A stretch of DNA of 64,000 nucleotides, taken from NCBI RefSeq assembly GCF_037994425.1, contig NZ_JBBNAM010000325.1, forward strand, positions 2,438-66,437, in the 5' to 3' direction. Below the pieces are notes generated by a model. That model was not told the origin of the DNA and did no database searches. It saw only the letters and a program-made list of their open reading frames with translations. Source of the stretch: Phyllobacterium sp. GTDB taxonomy: Bacteria; Pseudomonadota; Alphaproteobacteria; Rhizobiales; Rhizobiaceae. Below, piece by piece: positions 42,867 to 51,219 of the stretch. The translations under genes and the position numbers were made by a program. Position 1 is the stretch's first letter. Every line of letters starts with the position of its first letter.

Positions 42867-44009
42867 ATGGAAAGGCAACACTCGCTGCGTATCGTCCATT
42901 GTTTTCGCGCACCTGTCGGCGGGATATTTCGACATGTGCGTGACCTCATCCATGCACAGGTGGCTGCCGGGCACAGGGTGGGCGCAATCTGCGATGCTTC
43001 CACTGGAGGCGCATTTGAAGAAGCGCTGCTAAGCGAAATGCGCGGCAAGCTCGACCTCGGGCTCCAGCGGATTCCTATGCAACGCCAGATCGGTCCCGGA
43101 GACGTCGTTGCGGCGTTCCGCACCTACAGGATGATTGGCAAGATGGCGCCCGACATCCTGCATGGACATGGCGCAAAGGGCGGCACCTATGCGCGCCTGT
43201 TCGGATCGATGCTGCGACTTTCCGGCTCCAAGGTCGCGCGCATCTACTCGCCTCACGGTGGCAGCCTCCACTTCGATGCGGCAAGCATGCAGGGCGGCGT
43301 CATCTTTCGCGTCGAACGCCTGCTGGAACGGATGACGGACCGGATCATATTCGTCTCCGCCTATGAGCAGGGCATCTATACGAAGAAGATCGGTGCCCCC
43401 CGCTGCGGCCACGCACTGATCTACAATGGTTTGAGCGACAGCGAATTCGAACCGGTAGCGGTGGAAGATGACGCTGCGGATTTCCTCTACATCGGCGAAA
43501 TTCGTGCCCTAAAAGGTCCAGACATTTTTGTAGGCGCCATTTCAAAGGCGAGCGCCACTTCCGGACGCGACCTCAAGGCGGTGATGATCGGGGACGGCAA
43601 GGATCGGGCCTCGGTGGTCGAGCAGGCGCAATCCGCAGGCATGGGCCCGAATATTCGCTTTCTCATGCCGATGAAGGCGCGCGACGCATTCAGGCTGGCA
43701 AAGGTGGTGGTGATCCCATCCCGCGCCGAGGCCCTGCCCTACATCGTGCTCGAAGCGCTTGCAGCCGGACGGCCCGTGATCGCGAGCCGCGTCGGCGGAA
43801 TTCCTGAGATCCTTGGCGAAGCAACCCCTGCGCTTGTTGAGCCGAATGCAGATGCTCTTGCGAAAACCATGACGCTGGCAATCGGCGATCTGACGGCTTT
43901 CCGCCAGATTCTTCCCGATATACATAGCCTTCGCGAGAAGTTCGGTATCGGTAACATGGCCTCGCGGCTTGAAGCCGAGTATTTCGCTGCGATCCGCACT
44001 AAGGATTAG
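42867..44009 (+). CDS. GT4 glycosyltransferase (UppD-like)
   Basis: HGHGAKGG; PSRAEALPYIVLEALAAG; ASRVGGIPE. Confidence 0.93.
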   Translation: MERQHSLRIVHCFRAPVGGIFRHVRDLIHAQVAAGHRVGAICDASTGGAFEEALLSEMRGKLDLGLQRIPMQRQIGPGDVVAAFRTYRMIGKMAPDILHGHGAKGGTYARLFGSMLRLSGSKVARIYSPHGGSLHFDAASMQGGVIFRVERLLERMTDRIIFVSAYEQGIYTKKIGAPRCGHALIYNGLSDSEFEPVAVEDDAADFLYIGEIRALKGPDIFVGAISKASATSGRDLKAVMIGDGKDRASVVEQAQSAGMGPNIRFLMPMKARDAFRLAKVVVIPSRAEALPYIVLEALAAGRPVIASRVGGIPEILGEATPALVEPNADALAKTMTLAIGDLTAFRQILPDIHSLREKFGIGNMASRLEAEYFAAIRTKD

Positions 44010-44072
44010 TTTCTCTTCTGTATTTCCGGGCGAACCATGCTAATGAGGGCCGCTACAACTTCAGGGTCAATC

Positions 44073-45614
44073 ATGAAAGACAGAAAAGCCGAACACGGGT
44101 TTTCGCGTGATGCTGTGCGCAGCGTCGCGTCGCGGCCCGCTGCGCCGGCGCAGGAGAAGGCCAAACTGAGCCCCATCGCTCATGCCATTGCCTCCCAGTA
44201 TGCGCGCAATACGAATTCTCCCGTCATGGTCAGCGGCATTATGCGGATGGTCGAGTTCGCAATCATCACACTCGCGGGCTTTGGGATTTTCGTCTTCTAT
44301 GTTGGCACACCGGCAAACTCCCTTCTGCACTACACAGCTGCGATTCTCGCAACGGCAACGCTGAGCGTCCTTCTCCTCGAATTTGCCGATAGCTACCAAC
44401 TCGCCGTCATGCGCGACCCGTTTCATACGATCGGGCGACTTATCCTCAGCATTTCCGGTGCTTTTGCGCTGACGTCGCTCGCGGGCTTCTTCCTCAAGAT
44501 CTCCGAGGATTTCTCGCGTCTCTGGTTCGGGGCTTGGTATATTGTCGCGCTCGTCGCATTCGCCGGATTCCGCATCGTCATGTCAAGGCTGATCCGGCGC
44601 TGGGCGCGCAATGGCAAAATGGAGCGCCGTGCGGTAATCGTCGGGGGTGGCAAGCCGGCCGAAGATCTGATCCGGTCAATCGAACAGCAACCCTATAATG
44701 ATATTCGAATTTGCGGCGTGTTCGATGATCGGGACGCCAAGCGATCCCCCGCGGTCGTGGCTGGCTATCCCAAACTCGGTAATATCGTAGAACTCATCGA
44801 ATTCGCGCGTATTGCCCATATCGACATGCTCATCGTCTCGCTGCCGATCACTGCGGAAGCGCGCGTCCTTTCCTTGTTGAAGCAATTGTGGGTGCTGCCA
44901 GTCGATATCCGGTTGTCGGCGCACAATAATCACCTGCAGTTCCGTCCCCGCGCCTATTCCTATATCGGCTCGGTAGCGATGATCGATCTGTTCGACAAGC
45001 CGATCAACGACTGGGATTCGGTCGCCAAGCGCGCCTTCGACATCTTTTTCAGCCTGTTTGGGATCCTCATCTTCAGTCCGGTCATCATCGGTACCGCCAT
45101 CGCCATCAAGCTCGAGAGCAAGGGGCCGATCATCTTCAAGCAGCAGCGGCACGGCTTCAATAACGAGTTGATCGAGGTTTGGAAGTTCCGTTCCATGTAC
45201 ACGGACATGTGCGATCCGACCGCCCGCAATGCAGTGGTGAAAGATGATCCGCGCGTAACGCGTGTTGGCCGCTTCATCCGCAAGAGTTCGATCGATGAGC
45301 TGCCGCAGTTCTTCAATTCGCTGATAGGGACGCTCTCTCTCGTCGGTCCACGGCCGCATGCCGTTTATGCGCATACGCGCAATCTTCTTTATCATGAAGT
45401 CGTCGATGGTTATTTTGCCCGCCACCGGGTGAAACCCGGCGTAACTGGCTGGGCCCAGATCAATGGCTGGCGCGGTGAGGTCGACTCCGACGAGAAGATC
45501 AAGATGCGAACCGAGTTCGACCTCTATTACATCGAGAACTGGTCGTTGTGGTTCGACCTCAAAATTCTGTTTCTCACGCCAATCCGCCTCCTCAACACGG
45601 ACAACGCCTATTGA
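44073..45614 (+). CDS. Undecaprenyl-phosphate glycosyl-1-phosphate transferase (WcaJ/UppE-like)
   Basis: KRAFDI, KFRSM, DPRVTRVG, SIDELPQ, SLVGPRP, VKPGVTGWAQING. Confidence 0.95.
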   Translation: MKDRKAEHGFSRDAVRSVASRPAAPAQEKAKLSPIAHAIASQYARNTNSPVMVSGIMRMVEFAIITLAGFGIFVFYVGTPANSLLHYTAAILATATLSVLLLEFADSYQLAVMRDPFHTIGRLILSISGAFALTSLAGFFLKISEDFSRLWFGAWYIVALVAFAGFRIVMSRLIRRWARNGKMERRAVIVGGGKPAEDLIRSIEQQPYNDIRICGVFDDRDAKRSPAVVAGYPKLGNIVELIEFARIAHIDMLIVSLPITAEARVLSLLKQLWVLPVDIRLSAHNNHLQFRPRAYSYIGSVAMIDLFDKPINDWDSVAKRAFDIFFSLFGILIFSPVIIGTAIAIKLESKGPIIFKQQRHGFNNELIEVWKFRSMYTDMCDPTARNAVVKDDPRVTRVGRFIRKSSIDELPQFFNSLIGTLSLVGPRPHAVYAHTRNLLYHEVVDGYFARHRVKPGVTGWAQINGWRGEVDSDEKIKMRTEFDLYYIENWSLWFDLKILFLTPIRLLNTDNAY

Positions 45615-46879
45615 GCGCAATCACCACCCCGAGTGACGCCACGAAGGCCGAGCACGCCGCAAAAAACCGCGCCCTGGTCGGGCTCATTTCCACTTTCGCG
45701 GTCGGTCTTGGCGTTTTTCTCAGCGGCTTCGTCATCGACGAACCCGCACCCTACGAACTCTATATGGCGGGTCTCATTGGGATCTGGGCGCTTTTTGGCC
45801 TTCGCCTGTCGCGCACCGCTGCCGTGCTGCTCACAATCCTCGTTGTCTTCAACATCGGCGGCGTCATCTCCATGGGCCAGATGGCGGAACTGAAGACTGC
45901 GCCGATGTATATCACCGTCTCCCTGTTTCTTTGCTTCACGGCCGTTTTCTACACCGCCATCATCAGCACCAATGACCGCGTCCTAGCGGTCATGTTCAGG
46001 GCCTACATCCTTTCGGCAGTCTGCACGTCGCTCCTCGGCATACTCGGCTACTTCGACGCCTTTCCGGGCGCCGACATTTTCACACGCTACGGCCGTGCGA
46101 TGGGCGCATTCCAGGACCCGAACGTTTTCGGGCCGTTCCTCATGCTACCCCTTGCCTGGCTGGTTCATGGTGTGCTCGTGGGCGATCTGCGCGCGTTGCC
46201 GGTTCGACTTGTCCCAATCCTCATTATCACACTGGGCGTATTTCTCTCGTTCTCGCGCGCAGCCTGGGGCATGGCGGCTTTCATCATTGCCGGCGTCGCC
46301 TTCGTACTCTTCGTCAGAAACCCCAGTCCGAAATTTCGCCTGCGGATCATCATCCTCGCTGCTCTCGCCGTCGTTTTGGTTCTGCTTGCCGTCCTGATCG
46401 CCTTGCAGATACCAAGCGTCGCCGAACTTTTCACGGCGCGCGCGCAGCTGGTGCAGGACTATGACGAAGCCCAGTTCGGGCGGTTTGCACGCCACTGGTA
46501 TGGTTTGTTGATGTCGATAGACCACCCACTCGGCATCGGGCCACTCGAGTTCGGACCGATCTTCGGCGAGGACACGCACAATATCTGGCTGAAGGCATCG
46601 CTCGACTATGGATGGATCGGCTTCATCAGCTACCTGACGCTGACAATGCTGACGCTTGGATTCGGCCTGAGGATTCTATTTCGCGAGCGGCCGTGGCAGC
46701 CTTACCTACTATGCGCCTATCTCGCCTATGTGGCCCATGTGGCAATCGGCAATATCATCGACACCGACCATTGGCGGCATTTCTGGCTGCTTGTCGGCAT
46801 TGTCTGGGGCTGCGTCGCACTCGAAGCGCGCTATCAGAACCGCGGTTCCAGTTTTCCGGCCAGCCCTGTGGTAATTTAA
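45611..46879 (+). CDS. O-antigen ligase/Wzy-like polymerase (UppF-like)
   Basis: TTG overlapping the wcaJ stop; many TM helices; FQDPN, LSFSRAAW, THNIWL. Confidence 0.88.
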   Translation: MSAITTPSDATKAEHAAKNRALVGLISTFAVGLGVFLSGFVIDEPAPYELYMAGLIGIWALFGLRLSRTAAVLLTILVVFNIGGVISMGQMAELKTAPMYITVSLFLCFTAVFYTAIISTNDRVLAVMFRAYILSAVCTSLLGILGYFDAFPGADIFTRYGRAMGAFQDPNVFGPFLMLPLAWLVHGVLVGDLRALPVRLVPILIITLGVFLSFSRAAWGMAAFIIAGVAFVLFVRNPSPKFRLRIIILAALAVVLVLLAVLIALQIPSVAELFTARAQLVQDYDEAQFGRFARHWYGLLMSIDHPLGIGPLEFGPIFGEDTHNIWLKASLDYGWIGFISYLTLTMLTLGFGLRILFRERPWQPYLLCAYLAYVAHVAIGNIIDTDHWRHFWLLVGIVWGCVALEARYQNRGSSFPASPVVI

Positions 46880-46923
46880 ACATTTTGATTTATAAATCTT
46901 CCCAAGCGCTCCCTGGGGAAAAA

Positions 46924-47208
46924 ATGGGACGCCGAGCTTTGAGGGTGGACCAGCGTTTGACCTTTTTGGACGACGACAATCCAAACTATTCGAAATTGGA
47001 CGGCGAACTGATGCAGTGCGCCTTGGACAATGCGGCCGAGCGACTCGGCCTTTCCGACAAAAATGATCCGGAACTCAATACGCTTGCACGCTTTATCCGC
47101 GCGGCATTCATCATCGGGAATCGCGATGCCGCAGCCATGGCGGAATTTGCGATCGATTCCGTTATTATGCGGCGTAAACGCAACGGCGCCGAGAATACTG
47201 CACCCTGA
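46924..47208 (+). CDS. Small hypothetical protein
   Basis: Helical, about 94 aa (ALDNAAERLGL...LARFIRAAFIIGNRD); start uncertain. Confidence 0.55.
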   Translation: MGRRALRVDQRLTFLDDDNPNYSKLDGELMQCALDNAAERLGLSDKNDPELNTLARFIRAAFIIGNRDAAAMAEFAIDSVIMRRKRNGAENTAP

Positions 47209-47223
47209 ACACAAACTTATTTC

Positions 47224-49380
47224 TCAGCTTTCTCCTTCGGCCGTCTTTGCCGCCTCTGCCGCCTTTTTGCGGTTCAACGTGTCGCGGGCGGCTGCGGCCG
47301 CGCTCGCCGATTGATCTTCATTAGCGGCGACCTGTACCCTGGGTGAGGCAAATTCGATGCCGTTGGCTGCAAAAGCTTCGCGGATCATGGCGTAGGCGCG
47401 GCGACGAATCGTAGATTGGTGCCCTGGTTTGGTCATCATGGCAAAGCTCAAGTTGATCCCGTAATCGCCAAACGCCTCGACCCCCTTCATCTTCACCGTT
47501 TCGATGATCTGGGGGCCAAATTCAGGATCTTCACGCAAAGCTGCGCCGACACCCTTCACCACCTTTTTGACCTTCGCGATATCCGTGTCGTAGTTCACCG
47601 ATATCAGGAACTTGTCGATGACCCAGTCACGGCTCATGTTCTGCACCGCCCCAAGCGAGCCAAAGGGAACCGTGAAAATCGGGCCGCGATGATGCCGCAG
47701 CTTCACCGAGCGGATACTGAACGACTCGACCGTACCCTTATAGCTGCCGCTCTGGATATATTCGCCAACTCGAAACGCGTCGTCGGTCATATAGAACACG
47801 CCGCTGATGACGTCCTTCACCAGTGATTGCGAGCCAAAGCCGATGGCAACGCCAAAAATACCGGCGCCGGCAATCAGGGGACCTATCTCGACGCCCAGTC
47901 CGGAGAGCACCATCATGACCGCGATGGTCGCGATGAGCGCGGCGAGGAAATTTCGCAGGATAGGCAAGAGCGTCAAGAGACGTCCGCTGCGGGCAAGTTC
48001 GGCTTCGTCACCGCCCTCGATGCGGGCACGCTCGATACGGCGATTTATGAGGCCTTTGGTCAACTGCCAGATAAGGTCGGCGGCCAATAGGATGACGACA
48101 CCGCTCAATACCCCCCGGATAAGTCGGGTGGCGTTTTCGTCCCCCATTAGGCCGCTTGCGCGAAATCGGGCGACCGAGGCAAGCCAAGCCACCGCAATTA
48201 CGATGACGAGGGCACGCGCTCCACGCTCCGTGAGCACTTCGAAAATCGTATTGCGGGATCTGACCGCATCGTCGCTACCGGCGAAGAAGGAGCGTACGAC
48301 CGCGCTCGTCGACCTCAAGATCGGTGGCAGCACGAGAGCATAGATTCCGACCCAAAGAAAAAGGTTCAAGCCCGCGACCCAAAGCAGCCAAAGCGCGCAC
48401 AAGTAGAATGTGAGCAGCCATTCCTTTAGCCGATAGACCTTCGACTCCGCGGGCGCTTCGGGGCGGCGCCAAACCGCTTCGACCGCGATCAAAAGCAGGC
48501 CGAGGCCGAGAATGTAGACAAGAAGACTTCGAACATTCGGCGTGAAGTTGAGAATGTCCATAAGGCCCTCAAAGGCCCAGCCGGCGAAGAAAATGCCGGC
48601 GAACGCGCCAACGCGGGGATACCAGAACTTCGCCCTGACGTCGTCCATGGGGATCAGGCGCAATTGCGGGTACACGCCGTCGCTCGCATAGGCACTGTGC
48701 GTGCCGAGGAGAATCGCCGTTATCTGCATGATTGCCCGCCAGGCGATGAGTGCGATCAGCAAAGGCAGGACTAGCTGCCAGAGAAGCGGCGGCCAGGTGA
48801 AGGCGAGGAATGCACCAACGCTGGCGACAGCGAAGACGACGAGCGGCGCGATGGCAACGAATATCGCCTTGCCGATCATGTGATGGCGCGCGGTGGTTCC
48901 GGCCTCCGTCACGCTGGCAAGGCCCCGTACATGCATTCGGCCAACCAGACGTCGGAAGACAAATTCGGCACCGAATCCGAGTGCGGCAAAGGCAGCGAAC
49001 AGCACCAAGATTGAGCCCGGGCCGCGACCATGTACTTCGGTCATGATCGTGTCGCTGGCTTCCTCGAATTCGCCCGGCACTTCGGGAATAGCCTCGCCGA
49101 CCCCGCGCAAATGCGCACGAATGGCATTCGACCATTTCATGAAGTCATTGGCTGAGGCACCCATAGACGCTTCCGGTGCCGGTGCCGAGCTTTTCTTCGC
49201 AATCCAGGCCTTCACCTCCGGATCATCCAAAAGTTTCAGCATTTGCTCGACTTTTTCAGGAGGCGTTGAAGGCGCTGTCTGCGTGCGAGCGATTGCGGCG
49301 CAGCCGACGAAGGCCATGAGGCCAAGTGCGAAGAGCGCGGCCGCCCTCGCTGCCCAGACCCGGAACTCAACATTACCCAT
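47224..49380 (-). CDS. MscS-family mechanosensitive channel with long N-terminal region
   Basis: GVEIGPLIAGAGIFGVAIGFGSQSLVKDVISG, FRVGEYI, GTVESFSIRS. Confidence 0.93.
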   Translation of the reverse strand: MGNVEFRVWAARAAALFALGLMAFVGCAAIARTQTAPSTPPEKVEQMLKLLDDPEVKAWIAKKSSAPAPEASMGASANDFMKWSNAIRAHLRGVGEAIPEVPGEFEEASDTIMTEVHGRGPGSILVLFAAFAALGFGAEFVFRRLVGRMHVRGLASVTEAGTTARHHMIGKAIFVAIAPLVVFAVASVGAFLAFTWPPLLWQLVLPLLIALIAWRAIMQITAILLGTHSAYASDGVYPQLRLIPMDDVRAKFWYPRVGAFAGIFFAGWAFEGLMDILNFTPNVRSLLVYILGLGLLLIAVEAVWRRPEAPAESKVYRLKEWLLTFYLCALWLLWVAGLNLFLWVGIYALVLPPILRSTSAVVRSFFAGSDDAVRSRNTIFEVLTERGARALVIVIAVAWLASVARFRASGLMGDENATRLIRGVLSGVVILLAADLIWQLTKGLINRRIERARIEGGDEAELARSGRLLTLLPILRNFLAALIATIAVMMVLSGLGVEIGPLIAGAGIFGVAIGFGSQSLVKDVISGVFYMTDDAFRVGEYIQSGSYKGTVESFSIRSVKLRHHRGPIFTVPFGSLGAVQNMSRDWVIDKFLISVNYDTDIAKVKKVVKGVGAALREDPEFGPQIIETVKMKGVEAFGDYGINLSFAMMTKPGHQSTIRRRAYAMIREAFAANGIEFASPRVQVAANEDQSASAAAAARDTLNRKKAAEAAKTAEGES

Positions 49381-49458
49381 TAGCTAGCCCCTGATAAATT
49401 TCTTTCACTATTCCCACAATATGCCGAACTGCCTTACGAATAAATTGCTGTATTGATG

Positions 49459-49573
49459 CACCCGAGCGAACCCGGAATCGGCCGCCGAAGCGGTCATGCT
49501 GGCAAGGGAGATCAGCCATCAATTGCCGGGCCCGCTCGGATGGGGCAATCGGAGGGAGGCACCCTGGTTGCCC
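49459..49573 (-). ncRNA. Candidate structured sRNA or 5' leader upstream of mscS
   Basis: Hairpin with CCUCCCUCC, then a 17-bp stem (G-U pairs only on the minus strand) closing a three-way junction with a cUUCGg hairpin and a CUCCC loop; promoter directly upstream. Confidence 0.55.
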
Positions 49574-49578
49574 GTCGG

Positions 49579-49623
49579 ATTTTCGTTCAAATAAATTGCC
49601 GCGTCAAAGTTGTTACAGTAACA
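49579..49623 (-). promoter_or_regulatory. RpoD-like promoter with an upstream palindrome
   Basis: TTGACG (49607-49602)-N17-GAAAAT (49584-49579); TGTTAC-A-GTAACA at 49611-49623. Confidence 0.5.
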
Positions 49624-49730
49624 TCGTTGCAATTCGAGCTGCTGCGCAGCATCCTCTTCAGCGAATGACGCTGGCCCTTCCGGTGCGGCTGGCAGTGTAA
49701 TTTAAATCAACATTTGCTTGGGGTTAGAGC

Positions 49731-50012
49731 ATGAAATTCATCTTGCCGGCTCTCGTCATATTCTCCTTCGGCGCTAGCGCCGCCGCAGCGCAGTCCATGG
49801 AGAGAAATATGCTGGAGCGCCGGACCGCGCGAGCGATCCGCAATGCAGGTTTCTGGTGCGATCAGGTTTCGAACGCCTATGTGGACAAGGTATTGTCCTC
49901 GACCGGCCCTACCGTAGTGCGCGTAACCTGCGACGACAAAACGAGATTTGAGCAATATAAACTGACGATGACTAAGGACAACAAGATCGCCAAGATCGAA
50001 ATCTGGAAATAA
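49731..50012 (+). CDS. Small exported hypothetical protein
   Basis: Signal peptide ending AAAA; two Cys (FWCD, VTCD). Confidence 0.75.
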   Translation: MKFILPALVIFSFGASAAAAQSMERNMLERRTARAIRNAGFWCDQVSNAYVDKVLSSTGPTVVRVTCDDKTRFEQYKLTMTKDNKIAKIEIWK

Positions 50013-50178
50013 TGCCTCGCATTCCTTGAACGCATGTACGCCGGTGACTTGACCAGATACTGTCCTGCAATTTCTGGGTGTATCCATCAGGCAACTGTCA
50101 GCGCGTAAAGTTCCAACTTTCCCAATGGCGTAAAGCATTTCCTTTGTACGAATCAATTCCATCGCCTAGTTTTTCCCA

Positions 50179-51102
50179 ATGTTGAAGCAAGCCTCCTGTC
50201 TGACGGTGCTTCTCCTGGTTGGCGGTTGTGCCTCCGGAGGACCGCCGCAGATTTTGGCGTCCACGCGAACCGTCGATGCGCAGCAAGCTTATGCGCTGCC
50301 GCCGCCTGGCGGACCTTCCATCGTCAGTGTCATCGAGCGCTCCTACAATAATGCGGTGCAACAGGAGATTCTGTTGGCGACGTCCGCCCACACGCCCGGC
50401 CAGAATGTCCTGCGCGTGCAGTTTTTCGGGCCAGTCAGGGCAAACCTTTCAGGCGGCGATACGTTGCGGGATCGGCAGCTTGGCACAACCAACATCGATC
50501 GTGAGTTGCGCGGCACACTGCCGGGCGTTCCCATGCGCCGTTCTCCAAACTATGTGCAGAATCGTTACGGACCGTTCGGCTTTGCCAGCGGGCGCTCGCG
50601 ATCCGGCGATACCTGCATCTACGCCTGGCAACGCATCAGGCCACCTGAATCACAATCGCGCTGGTTTACCGGGCGTGGTTCCATCCAGGTCCGATTGCGT
50701 CTTTGCGATTCGCGGCTCACCGAAGAGCAGTTGCTGGCCTTCATGTATGGTTTCACCATCAATGCGGCTTTCAACGATTATAGCTGGAACCCCTATGGCG
50801 AGCCGGCCGGCGCACCTGAAAATCTTGGCCGCCCGGGCGCCAATATATATCCGGCCGGACCCGGCATGCCGCCGTCTACGTCATTGATGCCTCCGCCCGC
50901 GCCGCAGCCCGCCGCTGTGCAGCCGCAAAGGCGTGTCAGAGCACCGGCAACGCCTGCAGTCCAGACGAGGCCGGTAAGGCCCGCACCGATCGGACCTTTG
51001 GTTCCGCCGCCGCCTGTTTCCGGAACGACCCCGCTTACACCTGCACCGATCCAGATGAATCCCGCCATTGTTCCACCACCACCCACCGAAAACGCACAGT
51101 AA
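50179..51102 (+). CDS. bcsN: Cellulose biosynthesis lipoprotein BcsN (CelK-like)
   Basis: Lipobox VGGC; YGPFGFA...CIYAWQ...IQVRLRLC; directly upstream of bcsA. Confidence 0.85.
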   Translation: MLKQASCLTVLLLVGGCASGGPPQILASTRTVDAQQAYALPPPGGPSIVSVIERSYNNAVQQEILLATSAHTPGQNVLRVQFFGPVRANLSGGDTLRDRQLGTTNIDRELRGTLPGVPMRRSPNYVQNRYGPFGFASGRSRSGDTCIYAWQRIRPPESQSRWFTGRGSIQVRLRLCDSRLTEEQLLAFMYGFTINAAFNDYSWNPYGEPAGAPENLGRPGANIYPAGPGMPPSTSLMPPPAPQPAAVQPQRRVRAPATPAVQTRPVRPAPIGPLVPPPPVSGTTPLTPAPIQMNPAIVPPPPTENAQ

Positions 51103-51219
51103 ACCCGGAGCCTTTACGCAGTTACGTTCGTTAGGGAATGACCCTCCCCATTTAAACCAAAGCGCCAGGAAATGAGATGAATTCTTCGCCCGCCCGCCTA
51201 CCGAAAAGCACGGACGTTC

